Below, in pieces: positions 21,012 through 31,274 of a stretch of DNA of 64,000 nt. Made by a program: the position numbers and the translations under genes. The notes beneath the pieces were generated by a model. It did not search any database. It was not told the origin of the DNA and was given only the letters and a program-made list of their open reading frames with translations. Position 1 is the first letter of the stretch; every line of letters starts with the position of its first letter. The DNA comes from an uncultured Acidobacteriota bacterium (GTDB lineage: Bacteria > Acidobacteriota > Thermoanaerobaculia > UBA5066 > DATFVB01): NCBI GenBank assembly GCA_963813155.1, contig CAWEYG010000006.1, forward strand, positions 96,001 to 160,000. The letters are read 5' to 3'.

Positions 21012-22121
21012 CGAAACGCGACGACCTGCTCTCCGACCTCGACTCGACCGCGGCGCGCCTTTCGGCGCTCCGGGGGTATCTTTGATTGCGCCGCGGCGCG
21101 GAGCGCGCTCGACGAACTGAGGCAGAAGGCGGCGGCCCCCGATTTCTGGACCGACCCGGAAAAAGCCCAGAACACGAATCGAAAGATCAAGGCGCACGAA
21201 AAGACGCTGGAAACGGACGCGCGGGCGGAATCCAACGCGGACGAGTTGCGGGTGTTCGCCGATTTCCTTCGGGCCGGCGAGGACGTGGACGGCGAGGCCG
21301 CGGCGACGCTCGCCAAAGCGCGGACCTACGCGGACGACCTGGAGCTCTCCGTCAAGATGACCGAGCCCGAGGACTCGAACAACGCGTGGTTCTCGATTCA
21401 TTCCGGGGCCGGCGGCACGGAGTCGCAGGACTGGGCGGAGATGCTCCTTCGGATGTACCTGCGCTTCTTCGAGCGCCGCGGCTGGAAAGCGGAGCTGATC
21501 GAGCGGGTCGACGGCGAGGAAGCCGGTCTGAAGAGCGCGACCGTTCACGTTCTCGGAGAGTACGCGTACGGCTACCTCAAGGGCGAGATGGGCGTTCACC
21601 GGCTCGTGCGGATCTCGCCTTTCGACGCGAACAAGCGGCGTCACACGTCGTTCGCGTCGGTCTTCGTGACTCCGGAGATCGAAGACGACATCGAGATCGT
21701 AATTCCGGACAAGGACCTGCGGGTCGACACGTACCGCTCCTCCGGCGCGGGCGGCCAGCACGTCAACGTGACGGACTCGGCCGTTCGGATCACGCACATT
21801 CCGACGAACATCGTCGTCACCTGCCAGAACGAGCGCAGCCAGGGGCGAAACCGGGACGTCGCGATGAAAGTGCTCCGCGCGAAGCTCTACCAGAAGGCCC
21901 TGGAGGAGCGGCAGGCCGCCGAGGACAAGCGCGCCGGAGCGAAGAAGAAGATCGAGTGGGGAAGCCAGATCCGCTCGTACGTCCTGCACCCCTACCGGAT
22001 GGTCAAGGACCACCGGACCGACTTCGAGATGGGCGACACCGACCGGGTCCTCGACGGCGACCTGACCCCGTTCATCGACGCGTACCTCAAGGAGAGCGCG
22101 ACGGAAAAGAGGGCATCTTAG
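21008..22121 (+). CDS. prfB: Peptide chain release factor 2 with programmed +1 frameshift at 21080-21086
   Basis: GGGGG-TAT-CTT-TGA slippery site; +1 frame continues DCAAAR...PDFW; SPF and GGQ motifs. Confidence 0.95.
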
Positions 22122-22127
22122 GTCCGC

Positions 22128-22695
22128 ATGAACTGGCTCGCGGAAATCCGGAAAAAGCTGGAGGATCGCCCGCCGGCCGAGCTCGAGGCCCCCGACGGAA
22201 TCCGCCGGGCGGCCGTCCTCGCGCCGCTGTTCGTGAAGGAGAAGGAGCTGTGGGTGCTCTTCACGAAGCGAAGCGAGAACCTCGTGACGCACCGCGGCCA
22301 GGTTTCGTTTCCCGGCGGGGCGCAAGAGGAAGGCGACGCGAACCTGATGGAAACGGCGCTGCGCGAGACCGAAGAGGAAATCGGGCTTCCGCGCGACAAG
22401 GTCGTCGTCCTCGGGAAGCTCTCGCCGATCGTGACCGTGACGGATTTTTACGTCGAGCCCTACGTCGCGGCGATTCCGTATCCGGTCGAGCTCAAGCCGT
22501 CGCCGGACGAAATCGAGGCGCTCTGGGAGATCCCGGTCGCGGCGCTGATGGCGCCGACCGCCGTCGAAGAGCGCGAGCTCCCCGGCCGCGAAGACGCCCG
22601 TGCTCTTTTACCACTACGGCCCGAAGACCGTCTGGGGCGCGACCGCGCGCATCCTCTCCGAGCTGCTGCAGGCGCTTGCGGGGCAGCCCTCGTGA
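22128..22695 (+). CDS. CoA pyrophosphatase (NUDIX, NudL-like); frameshift near 22600
   Basis: AAVL, HRGQVSFPGG, ALRETEEEIG; VWGATARIL in the alternate frame. Confidence 0.85.
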
Positions 22696-22703
22696 ACAAT
22701 TCG

Positions 22704-22770
22704 CCTCACCCGCGCTTCGCTTGCCCTCTCCCTCGAGGGAGAGGGTGGTGCGAAGCACCAGGAGAGGGGG
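22704..22770. repeat. REP-like palindromic element
   Basis: ccctctccctcgagggagaggg hairpin inside cctcacc...gcttcgc / gcgaagc...ggagagg arms; same family as 6597-6661. Confidence 0.65.
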
Positions 22771-22788
22771 CACTTTTGAGGTGAACCC

Positions 22789-23626
22789 ATGACGTTCAAA
22801 GTCGACCTGCACTCCCACTCCACCGTCTCCGACGGCCTCGATTCCCCCACCCGCCTCGTCGAGAAGATGCGGCAGGCAGGGGTGTCCGCGCTCGCGCTGA
22901 CCGACCACGACGCGCTCGGCGGGCTGCCGGAGGCCCGGATCGCGGCCGCGGCGGCAGGTCTCCAGCTCATCCCGGGTGCGGAGATCTCCGCCGACGCGAC
23001 CAACGGGGACGACGTCCACATCCTCGGCCTCTTCCTCGACGAGAGCAACGAGCCGTTCCGCCGCAAGCTCGAGCTTCGGCAGGAAAACCGGAAGCTGCGC
23101 GGCGAGCGCATGGCGCAGAACCTCGTCGCGGCCGGCTATCCCGCTCGACCTCGACGCGATTCGCGCCGACGTCGGCGACGGCGTGTGGGGAAGGCCGCAC
23201 CTGGCGCGCGCGCTCGTGGCCGCGGGGCACGCAAAGGACAACGACGACGCGTTCGCGCGCTTTCTCCACCGCAAATGTCCCTGGTACGTACCGGCGGAGA
23301 AGTGGATGGCCGCCGAGGTCGTCGAGTCGATCCGCGAAGCGGGCGGCGTCTCGTCGCTCGCCCACGCGGTCTGGTACAAGGACCCCGACGGCGTCGTCGA
23401 AGAGCTCGTCGAGCGCGGGCTCGACGCGATCGAAGTCTTTCATCCCGACCACGGCGAGGCCGAAGTCGAGCGTTTCTCGAAGCTCGCTCGGAAGTTCCGG
23501 CTGCTCTCGACGGCGGGTTCCGACTACCACGGCGTCGAAGAGAAGGGGAAGGCTCCCGGAAGCGTGACCGGCGACCGCGGGATGCTCGAGGCGCTGGAAC
23601 GCCTGCGGGAAGGGCGATCGACTTGA
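22789..23626 (+). CDS. PHP domain phosphoesterase (TrpH/YciV-like); frameshift near 23145
   Basis: DLHSHSTVSDG, LTDHD, HILG, GRPHLAR, LAH, GSDYHG. Confidence 0.88.
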
Positions 23627-23648
23627 TCTAGAATAGCGATCTTCTCCC

Positions 23649-25004
23649 ATGCTCGAATCGATCGAAACGCCGACGGCCCTTCCGCAGAACCTGGACGCCG
23701 AACGAGCCGTGCTCGGCGCGATCCTCATCGACAACCTCACGCTCTCGGTCGTTTCCCCGATCCTCAAGGAGACGGACTTCTTTCTCGAAACGCATCGCCG
23801 GATCTACCGCGCGCTCCTGGAGCTCTCCGCACGATCTTCGGCGATCGACCTCGTCACCGTCCGCGAAGAGCTGGACAAGTCCGGAGCGATGGAACGCGCG
23901 GGCGGGCCGGCTTACCTGGCTTCCCTGATCGACGGGATCCCCGACGTGTTCAACGCCGAGCACTACGCCCGCATCGTGAAGGAGAAGTCGACCCTGCGCC
24001 GGCTCATCACTCTCGGGCACCGGCTGACGCGCGAGGGAGCGACGCCGGATCGGACGCCCGAGGACGTGCTCGGCTCTGCGACTTCGGAGGTCTTCGAAAT
24101 CGCGCAGGACTCCGCGCGCGGGGGCTTCGTCTCGCTCGCCGAGATTTCCGAGCACAATCTGCTGACCCTCGAGGAGGCGCGCGGGCGCCAGGGGGTCCTG
24201 ACGGGGCTTCCCACCGGGTTCCGCGAGCTCGACCGGCTCACGTCGGGGCTCCAGAAATCGGAGCTCATCATCCTCGCCGCCCGGCCCTCGGTCGGAAAGA
24301 CCTCCTTTGCGCTGAACATTGCGCAGCACGTCTCGATCCGCGAGGCCCGATCGGTCGGGTTCTTCTCGCTCGAAATGTCGAGGGAGGCGCTCGGGCTCCG
24401 CGTGCTGTGCTCGGAGGCCGAGGTCAACGCGAAGAGGGTGCGGGACGGATTCGGGTCGGACGACGACTTCCGCCGGCTCGTCCTCGCGCAGACGCGGCTC
24501 GGCGGCGCGCGCTTCTTCATCGACGACACGTCCGCGCTTTCGGTCTCCGAGATGCGCGCGAAGTGCCAGCGATTGAAGCGGGAGCACGGCCTCGATCTCG
24601 TGGCCGTCGACTATCTCCAGCTCATGGCGGGAACGGGGCGGCCCGAGAACCGGACTCAGGAGGTCTCGCAGATCTCGCGCGGCCTGAAGCTCCTCGCGAA
24701 GGACCTCCAGGTGCCGGTCATCGCGCTCTCGCAGCTCTCGCGCCAGTCGGAGCGCCGCACGGGCGACCAGCGAAAGCCGCAGCTCGCCGACCTGCGCGAT
24801 TCCGGCTCGATCGAGCAGGATGCCGACGTCGTCATCTTTCTCTACCGCGAGGAGATGTACGACCGCGAGACCGAGCGCAAGAACCTCGCCGACGTCATCA
24901 TCGCGAAGCAGCGCAACGGCCCGACCGACGAGTTCGAGCTCGTCTTCCTGCACGACCAGACGACGTTTCGCACCTACGAGCGTTTCTCGGAACCGGGGTT
25001 TTGA
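23649..25004 (+). CDS. dnaB: Replicative DNA helicase
   Basis: AERAVLG, AARPSVGKT, FSLEMS, DYLQL, LSQLSR, DLRDSGSIEQDAD, KQRNGPT. Confidence 0.97.
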   Translation: MLESIETPTALPQNLDAERAVLGAILIDNLTLSVVSPILKETDFFLETHRRIYRALLELSARSSAIDLVTVREELDKSGAMERAGGPAYLASLIDGIPDVFNAEHYARIVKEKSTLRRLITLGHRLTREGATPDRTPEDVLGSATSEVFEIAQDSARGGFVSLAEISEHNLLTLEEARGRQGVLTGLPTGFRELDRLTSGLQKSELIILAARPSVGKTSFALNIAQHVSIREARSVGFFSLEMSREALGLRVLCSEAEVNAKRVRDGFGSDDDFRRLVLAQTRLGGARFFIDDTSALSVSEMRAKCQRLKREHGLDLVAVDYLQLMAGTGRPENRTQEVSQISRGLKLLAKDLQVPVIALSQLSRQSERRTGDQRKPQLADLRDSGSIEQDADVVIFLYREEMYDRETERKNLADVIIAKQRNGPTDEFELVFLHDQTTFRTYERFSEPGF

Positions 25005-26095
25005 GGCCCACGTTCGCCGCGGTCGACCTGCGGGCGATCGCGCACAATTTTCGCCTGCTTCAGCGCCTCAGCGGCAAGCGCGTGCTCGCCGTCGTCAAGG
25101 CCGACGCCTACGGGCACGGCGCGGCGGCCGTCGCGCGCGCCTTGGAGGCGGAAGGGGTGGATTTTTTCTGCGTCGCGATTGCGGAGGAGGGGATCAGCCT
25201 TCGCCGCGCGGGAATCCGCTCGCCGATTCTCCTTCTGAACTCCTGCGAGGCCCGCGAGGCGGCTATCTACCGGGCGCTCGCGCTCACACCGACGCTCTTT
25301 TCCGTCGAGCAGGCCCGGGAATTCGCCGCGGCGACGGCCGGGTTCGCGAGCCCCCTCGAGGTGCACGTGAAGCTGGATACCGGCCTGACTCGCCTCGGGG
25401 TGTTGCCGGGCGAGATTTCCGCTCTCGCGGAAGTCCTGCTCGCCGCACCGGGCCTCCGGGTCGAGGCCGCGTTCACACACTTCTCGCACGGGGACGAACC
25501 GGAGAGCCCGGAGCTCGCCTCGCAGGAGGAGAGATCGAAGGAGGCTTTCGCGGCGCTTCGCGCGGCGGGAGTGCTGGCCGGGTGGACGCACCTTGCGAAC
25601 TCCGGAGCCGCAATTGCGGGAAAAGGCGTCTGGACGGAGGCCGTCCGCCCGGGGCTTTCCCTGTACGGCGTGTCGCCTGCCGCCAGACACGGCAACGAGC
25701 TCGTCGCCGCGCTGTCGTGGGAGACCGAGGTCGTCGCCGTCAAGAGGGTCCCCGCGGGCACCCCGGTCGGGTACGGAGGCACGTTCGTCACGGGCCGCGA
25801 CTCCCGCCTTGCCGTTCTGGCGATCGGTTATGATGACGGGTACCGGCGCTCTTTCGGCGGCAAGGTCCCGGTTCTCTTCGAGGCCGGCGCCGCCCGAACG
25901 GTGGGAGTCATCAGCATGGATTTGACGGTCTGCGATACGACCGACATCGAGGTCCGGAGGGGGGAGAGAGCGGTACTGCTGGGGAAGACCTCGGCCGGCT
26001 CCGTCTCCGCGCACGATCTCGCCCGCGCCGCCGGGACGATCCCTTACGAAATTTTGTGCGGGATCGGCTCCCGCGTTCCCCGCCGATACGCGTGA
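25001..26095 (+). CDS. alr: Alanine racemase
   Basis: AVVKADAYGHG, HVKLDTGLTRLG, VRPG, IGYDDG, SMD, IPYE. Confidence 0.95.
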   Translation: MRPTFAAVDLRAIAHNFRLLQRLSGKRVLAVVKADAYGHGAAAVARALEAEGVDFFCVAIAEEGISLRRAGIRSPILLLNSCEAREAAIYRALALTPTLFSVEQAREFAAATAGFASPLEVHVKLDTGLTRLGVLPGEISALAEVLLAAPGLRVEAAFTHFSHGDEPESPELASQEERSKEAFAALRAAGVLAGWTHLANSGAAIAGKGVWTEAVRPGLSLYGVSPAARHGNELVAALSWETEVVAVKRVPAGTPVGYGGTFVTGRDSRLAVLAIGYDDGYRRSFGGKVPVLFEAGAARTVGVISMDLTVCDTTDIEVRRGERAVLLGKTSAGSVSAHDLARAAGTIPYEILCGIGSRVPRRYA

Positions 26096-26859
26096 AGTTC
26101 TTCGAAGCGATCGGCGCCGCCCTCCTGCGCGTCTTCGAAGAGATCGGGCGCTTCTTCCTGCTGCTCGGGAAGACCGCGGCGTGGGCCGTTCGGCCGCCGT
26201 ACGACTTTGCGGAGTTCGTCAAGCAGATGGTCCGGGTCGGGGTCGATTCGGTTCCCGTCGTCTTTCTGACCGGCCTGTTCACCGGCATGGTGATTTCGCT
26301 GCAGACCTACAAGGGGTTCGCCCGCTTTCACGCCGAAAGCTACGTCGGCTCGGTCGTCGCGCTGTCGGTCACGCGCGAGCTCGCGCCGGTGCTCGCCGCC
26401 CTGATGGTCACGGGCCGCGTCGGCAGCGCGATGGCCGCGGAGCTCGGCACGATGCGGGTGACGGAGCAGATCGACGCGCTCACGGCCCTCGCGACGGAAC
26501 CGATCCACTACCTGATCGTCCCCCGCGTCGCGGCCGCCACGGTGATGCTCCCGCTCCTCGTGCTGATGGCCGACGCGGTCGGGATCGGCGGCGGCTACCT
26601 CGTCGCCGTCGATCTGCTCGGCGCGAACCCCGTGAGCTACATGCACAACTCGTTTCAATTTCTCGAGATGAAGGATCTGATGTCCGGAATCCTGAAGGCG
26701 GCCGTTTTCGGGCTGCTGTTTTCGACGATCGGATGCCAGAAGGGCTTCTACACCGAAGGCGGAGCCGAGGGCGTCGGCATCTCCACGACCCGAGCGGTCG
26801 TCGCGGGAAGCCTCGCGATCCTGCTCGCCGACTTCTTCCTGACGAAGGTCCTGTTCTAG
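26092..26859 (+). CDS. mlaE: MlaE family lipid ABC transporter permease
   Basis: RELAPVL, GSAMAAELGTMRVTEQIDAL, GGAEGVG. Confidence 0.93.
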   Translation: MKFFEAIGAALLRVFEEIGRFFLLLGKTAAWAVRPPYDFAEFVKQMVRVGVDSVPVVFLTGLFTGMVISLQTYKGFARFHAESYVGSVVALSVTRELAPVLAALMVTGRVGSAMAAELGTMRVTEQIDALTALATEPIHYLIVPRVAAATVMLPLLVLMADAVGIGGGYLVAVDLLGANPVSYMHNSFQFLEMKDLMSGILKAAVFGLLFSTIGCQKGFYTEGGAEGVGISTTRAVVAGSLAILLADFFLTKVLF

Positions 26860-26861
26860 CC

Positions 26862-27692
26862 GTGAGCGCCTCGCAGCCCGCTGCCCCCGCGGCCCATCCG
26901 GAACCGAAAATCCGGCTCGTCGACCTGTCGAAGTCATTTGGCGGAAGGGCCGTGCTCGATCACCTGAACCTCGAGATCGCGGACGGCGAGTCGGTTGTCC
27001 TCGTCGGACCGTCCGGCACCGGCAAGAGCGTTCTTCTCAAGCACATCATCGGCCTGCTGCGGCCGGACTCGGGCCAGGTCTTCATCGACGGAACGGACCT
27101 GTGGTCTCTCGCGGACAAGGAATTGAACGCGTTCCGGCGCCGCTTCGGGATGTCCTTCCAGGAAGGCGCGCTCTTCGATTCGATGACGGTTTTCGACAAC
27201 GTCGCTTTTCCTTTGCGCCGGCAGGGAAAGAAGAACGCCGACGAAGTCCGCCAGCGGGTCGAGGAGTGCCTCGACCTCGTCCACCTGTCCGAGATCGAGG
27301 ACAAGAAGCCCGCGGAGCTTTCCGGAGGCATGCGGCGCCGGGTCGGTTTCGCGCGCGCGATCGCCCTGGAGCCGGAAATCCTCCTTTTCGACGAGCCGAC
27401 CACGGGGCTCGATCCGATCATGACCGATGTGATCGACGGCACGATCGTCGAGATGCGCGAGCGTCTGAAGTGCACGAGCGTGACGATCACGCATAGCATG
27501 GAGAGCGCCGAAAAGATCGGCGACTCGATCGCGCTGATTTTCGAAGGAAAAATCGTGGAGCAGAAACCGCCGAAGGAGTTCATGGCGTCATCGAACCCTC
27601 TCGTTCGCCAGTTCGTGGAAGGCCGGGCGGAGGGGCCGATGACAAAGGACGATTGGGGACGCCGGAGGCAGGGCTTGGGAGGACGCGGATGA
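26862..27692 (+). CDS. mlaF: MlaF family ABC transporter ATP-binding protein
   Basis: GPSGTGKS, FQEGALFDS, LSGGMRRRVG, DEPTTGLDP. Confidence 0.93.
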   Translation: MSASQPAAPAAHPEPKIRLVDLSKSFGGRAVLDHLNLEIADGESVVLVGPSGTGKSVLLKHIIGLLRPDSGQVFIDGTDLWSLADKELNAFRRRFGMSFQEGALFDSMTVFDNVAFPLRRQGKKNADEVRQRVEECLDLVHLSEIEDKKPAELSGGMRRRVGFARAIALEPEILLFDEPTTGLDPIMTDVIDGTIVEMRERLKCTSVTITHSMESAEKIGDSIALIFEGKIVEQKPPKEFMASSNPLVRQFVEGRAEGPMTKDDWGRRRQGLGGRG

Positions 27693-29128
27693 ACTCGGCT
27701 GCGAAGGTGGGACTGTTTTTCCTCGTGGTGATGGTCCTCGCGGGAATTCTGGTTTTCAAGATCGAAGACCTTCACCTCGGGCGAAAAGGGGTGAAGTCGA
27801 TCTCGATCGTCTTCACCGACGTGTCGGGCCTCGACGACAAGGCGGTCGTCCGCGTCGCCGGCGTGCGCGTCGGCAAGGTCACGAAGATCCGCCAGATCGA
27901 GGGGCGGGCCTACGTGACGGTCGAGATCGAGGACCCGAACGTGGAGCTGCGCCAGGGGGCCTCCGCCGCGATCGCGAACCTCGGGCTGCTCGGCGAAAAA
28001 TATCTGGAGCTGATTCCGGGCCCGATCGGCGCGGCGCCCCTGCCCGAGGACTCGATCCTGACGGGCAACCAGGCGGTGTCCTTCGATCAGGTGACGAAGC
28101 TCGCCCGCGACATCGAGACCGACGTGAAGGACATCACGTCGAGCCTCCGCGGGGCGCTCGGCGGCCCCCAGGGCGAGCAGACCATGAAGGCGATCGTCGA
28201 CAACGTCGAGCGGATCACCGAAGAGCTCAAGGTCATCGTCGCGACGAATCACGAGAACGTCGACGCGACGACGGCGAACCTGCGAGAGTTCTCCTCGTCG
28301 ATCGTGCGGCTCGCCGACCGGATCGACGCGCTCGTGGCCTCGAACTCCGGCAACGCGACGGCGTCGATCTCGAACATCAAGGAGATTTCCGACAAGCTCC
28401 AGCGAACGGCCGACAACCTCAACTCGATCACCGGCAAGATCGACACCGGCAAGGGGACCGTCGGCCAGCTCATCAACAGCGACGAGACGTCCCGGAACCT
28501 GAACGACGCGCTCGTGTCCGTCAAAGAAGGCGTCGGCGCGCTCAACAAGACTCTCGGCAAGGTCGGAAAGATCAAGATCGACCTCGGCCTTCGCGCCGAG
28601 TACCTGAGCTCGCCGTCGAAGTCGAAGGGGTACTTGACGGCGGACATCATTCCGAACGACGAGCATTTCTACCGGTTCGAGCTCGCGACGCAGCCGTACG
28701 GACGGCGAAGCCTCACGACGACGAACTACACGACGACCTATCCCGACGGCCATCAGGAGACGACGACTCTTCAGAAGGAGAGCTTCGACGATGCGAACGC
28801 GATCTCGGCCCTGTTCGGCTTCAACTTCGGAAACGTCACGCTTCGGGCCGGACTCGAGGAGTCGCGGGGGGGCGGCGGCGTGGACTATTCACTGCTGAAC
28901 AAGCGCCTCCGCTTTTCCTTCGACGCGTGGGACTTCGCGCGGCAGGACTACAACGCGCACATGAAGGTCGGGGGACGGTTCTACTTCTCGCCCTCGATCT
29001 ACGCGACGGCCGGGTACGACGATTTCCTGAACCGCAAGAAGAAGGCGGACTCGCTGTTCTTCGGGGCGGGGGTGCGCTGGAGCGACGAGGACATCAAGCT
29101 GCTGCTGGGCTCGCTCCCGGTCAAGTGA
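27689..29128 (+). CDS. mlaD: MlaD/MCE protein with long helical stalk and C-terminal beta-rich domain
   Basis: N-terminal TM, MCE motifs VRVAGVRVGKV and GLLGEKYLEL, heptad-rich middle, aromatic-rich alternating strands at the C-terminus. Confidence 0.88.
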   Translation: MNSAAKVGLFFLVVMVLAGILVFKIEDLHLGRKGVKSISIVFTDVSGLDDKAVVRVAGVRVGKVTKIRQIEGRAYVTVEIEDPNVELRQGASAAIANLGLLGEKYLELIPGPIGAAPLPEDSILTGNQAVSFDQVTKLARDIETDVKDITSSLRGALGGPQGEQTMKAIVDNVERITEELKVIVATNHENVDATTANLREFSSSIVRLADRIDALVASNSGNATASISNIKEISDKLQRTADNLNSITGKIDTGKGTVGQLINSDETSRNLNDALVSVKEGVGALNKTLGKVGKIKIDLGLRAEYLSSPSKSKGYLTADIIPNDEHFYRFELATQPYGRRSLTTTNYTTTYPDGHQETTTLQKESFDDANAISALFGFNFGNVTLRAGLEESRGGGGVDYSLLNKRLRFSFDAWDFARQDYNAHMKVGGRFYFSPSIYATAGYDDFLNRKKKADSLFFGAGVRWSDEDIKLLLGSLPVK

Positions 29129-30462
29129 AGGGGCCGATCTTTTCCTGCGCCGAGTGCGGCGCTTCTTCCGCCAAGTGGCTCGGCCGCTGCCCGGACTGCG
29201 GCGCGTGGAACTCCTACGGCGAGCAGAGCCCGCCTCCGAAGCGTCGGGGCCCGGCGGCGCCGGGGCGGGCGGTCGCGATCGGCGAAGTCGTGGGCGACGA
29301 AGCGCCGCGGCTGACGACAGGCCTGTCCGACTTCGACCGCGTGCTCGGGGGAGGGATCGTGGCCGGCTCCGTCGTCCTCGTCGGCGGGGAACCGGGCGTC
29401 GGAAAATCGACGCTGCTCCTCCAGTCCGCAAAACGCCTCGCCGCCGCGGGCCGGCGCGTGCTGTTCGTGTCGGGGGAGGAATCGGCGCGCCAGGTGCGGC
29501 TCCGGGCCGGAAGGCTCGACGCCATCGCACCGGAGCTGTTCGTGCTGGCGGAGACCGACGCCGAAGTCGCCTGCCGGGAGGCCGAGGCCCTCGGTCCGGC
29601 CCTCGTCGTCGTCGATTCCGTGCAGTCCGTCGTCTCGGAGGGCGTCGCGTCGCCCGCCGGGTCGATCGCCCAGGTTCGCACGGCCGCCCTCCTGTTCCAG
29701 AGGTTCGCGAAGCAGAAGGACGTCCCCGTCGTCCTGATCGGCCACGTCACGAAGGACGGGTCGCTCGCGGGGCCGAAATCGCTCGAGCACCTCGTCGACA
29801 CGGTGCTGTCTTTCGAGGGGGACCGGTCGCGCGGCCGCCGCGTCCTGCGCGCGCTCAAGAACCGATTCGGGCCGATCGAGGAGGTCGCGCTCTACGAGAT
29901 GACCGAGAGCGGGCTCGCCGAGATCGCGGATCCTTCGAGCGCCCTCCTGGCCGAGCGCCGGGCGGGAGTCGCCGGCAGCGCCGTCTCCGCCTCCGTGGAA
30001 GGCACCCGGCCGCTGCTCGTCGAGATCCAGGCGCTCGTCGGCCCGCTCGTGGCCGGCTCCGCCCGGCGCAGCGCCGTCGGCCTCGACTCCGGGAGGCTCT
30101 CGATGATCCTCGCCGTCCTCGAGGCGCGGGCGGGGTTCTCCTTCGCCCAGCGGGAAGTCTTCGTCTCCTGCGCCGGGGGCCTCGACCTGCGGGAGCCGGC
30201 CGTCGACCTCGCGCTCGCGGCCGCGATCCTTTCGTCTCAGACGAAACAGCCGCTGCCCGCGGACGCGTTCTATTTCGGCGAGGTCGGCCTGCTTGGCGAG
30301 GTCCGGTCCGTCCCCGACGCCCCGGCGCGCCTGCGCGAGGGGATGGCGCACGGCTTCCGCAAGGTCTACCTCTCGAAATCCGACGCCTCGTCCGCCGGCG
30401 AGTTTCCCGGGCTGAAGGCGTTTCCGATCTCCGACGTCGGGGAGTTGGCGGGGAAGGCGTAG
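29125..30462 (+). CDS. radA: DNA repair protein RadA/Sms
   Basis: CAECG...CPDCGAW zinc finger, GEPGVGKST, KNRFG, GEVGLLGEVR. Confidence 0.96.
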   Translation: MKGPIFSCAECGASSAKWLGRCPDCGAWNSYGEQSPPPKRRGPAAPGRAVAIGEVVGDEAPRLTTGLSDFDRVLGGGIVAGSVVLVGGEPGVGKSTLLLQSAKRLAAAGRRVLFVSGEESARQVRLRAGRLDAIAPELFVLAETDAEVACREAEALGPALVVVDSVQSVVSEGVASPAGSIAQVRTAALLFQRFAKQKDVPVVLIGHVTKDGSLAGPKSLEHLVDTVLSFEGDRSRGRRVLRALKNRFGPIEEVALYEMTESGLAEIADPSSALLAERRAGVAGSAVSASVEGTRPLLVEIQALVGPLVAGSARRSAVGLDSGRLSMILAVLEARAGFSFAQREVFVSCAGGLDLREPAVDLALAAAILSSQTKQPLPADAFYFGEVGLLGEVRSVPDAPARLREGMAHGFRKVYLSKSDASSAGEFPGLKAFPISDVGELAGKA

Positions 30463-30495
30463 GCATCCGCCGCCGGTCACCCGCGACCGGCTGGA

Positions 30496-30885
30496 CTACT
30501 CGAGCGCTCGCGCCACGGACGGGAACGCCCGCAGGATCGCTTTGTCCGAAGTGACGAGCGGAACGTCCAACTCTTGCGCGAGCGCGACGAACTCGCAGTC
30601 GTAAGCGGAGCAGGTGGAATTCTGAACCAGTCGGAGGACGTCGGCAGATGGGACGTCGAACTCCCGCCCTGACATCTGTTCCTCGGCATCGGCCGCGATC
30701 CGGAGCGCTTCCTCGAACTTCATGTCGCCGCGGCGAAGGCATCCCGCGAGGATGCTTCGAAACTCCGACCGCCAGAGAAGGGGAGCATTCCAGTCGGAGT
30801 CGGCCCGCAGCAGTTTCTCGGCCGCAGCTGCTCGAGGCCCCGGCAGCCAGAGGTACGCGAGGACGTTCGTGTCGACGACGATCAA
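30496..30885 (-). CDS. vapC: VapC-family PIN domain toxin
   Basis: IVVDTNVL, LWRSEF, SAYDCEFVALA, LVTSD; TTG start overlaps the antitoxin stop. Confidence 0.9.
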   Translation of the reverse strand: MIVVDTNVLAYLWLPGPRAAAAEKLLRADSDWNAPLLWRSEFRSILAGCLRRGDMKFEEALRIAADAEEQMSGREFDVPSADVLRLVQNSTCSAYDCEFVALAQELDVPLVTSDKAILRAFPSVARALE

Positions 30886-31121
30886 GGCCGGCCGGTCTCG
30901 CGCCAGGCCTTGAGGTCGGAATCCTTGATGGGTCCGCGGACGCGGCTGCGGGCGTCGGCCGCCCGCCGCAGCCACGTCTCGGTGTCCACGCGGTGGGCGG
31001 AGACGGCCGTTTCGAGACAGGAGAGGATCTCCTTGTTGAGACTGCGTCCGCGCTCCCGGGCGCGGCTCTTCAGTCGGCGGTGCAGGGTTTCGGGCATTCC
31101 TTTGAGCGTCACGGTTGGCAT
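30882..31121 (-). CDS. FitA/Arc-type ribbon-helix-helix antitoxin
   Basis: MPTVTLKGMPETLHRRLKSRARERGRSLNKEI, C-terminal ETGRP; GGAGG SD. Confidence 0.88.
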   Translation of the reverse strand: MPTVTLKGMPETLHRRLKSRARERGRSLNKEILSCLETAVSAHRVDTETWLRRAADARSRVRGPIKDSDLKAWRETGRP

Positions 31122-31217
31122 CGATCCTCCGGTTCCAAAATGGAATCATAACGCAACCGTGTCCCCGTTTCCAAGGAGGCGCGATATGCAACGAGGCATC
31201 GAGACTCAAATAGATTC
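31090..31217 (+). repeat. Copy 1 of a ~130 bp direct repeat: antitoxin 5' end plus upstream regulatory region, with operator-like GGTTCCAAAATGGAATC
   Basis: tcgggcattcctttgagcgtcacggt.ggcatcgat.ctcc...gcgcgatatgca...caaat.gattc shared with 32138-32262. Confidence 0.85.
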
Positions 31218-31274
31218 TCACGAGTTCGGTTTTGCGCCGTATAAGCAAGAGGACCGATCGTTAGGGGAGGTTCT

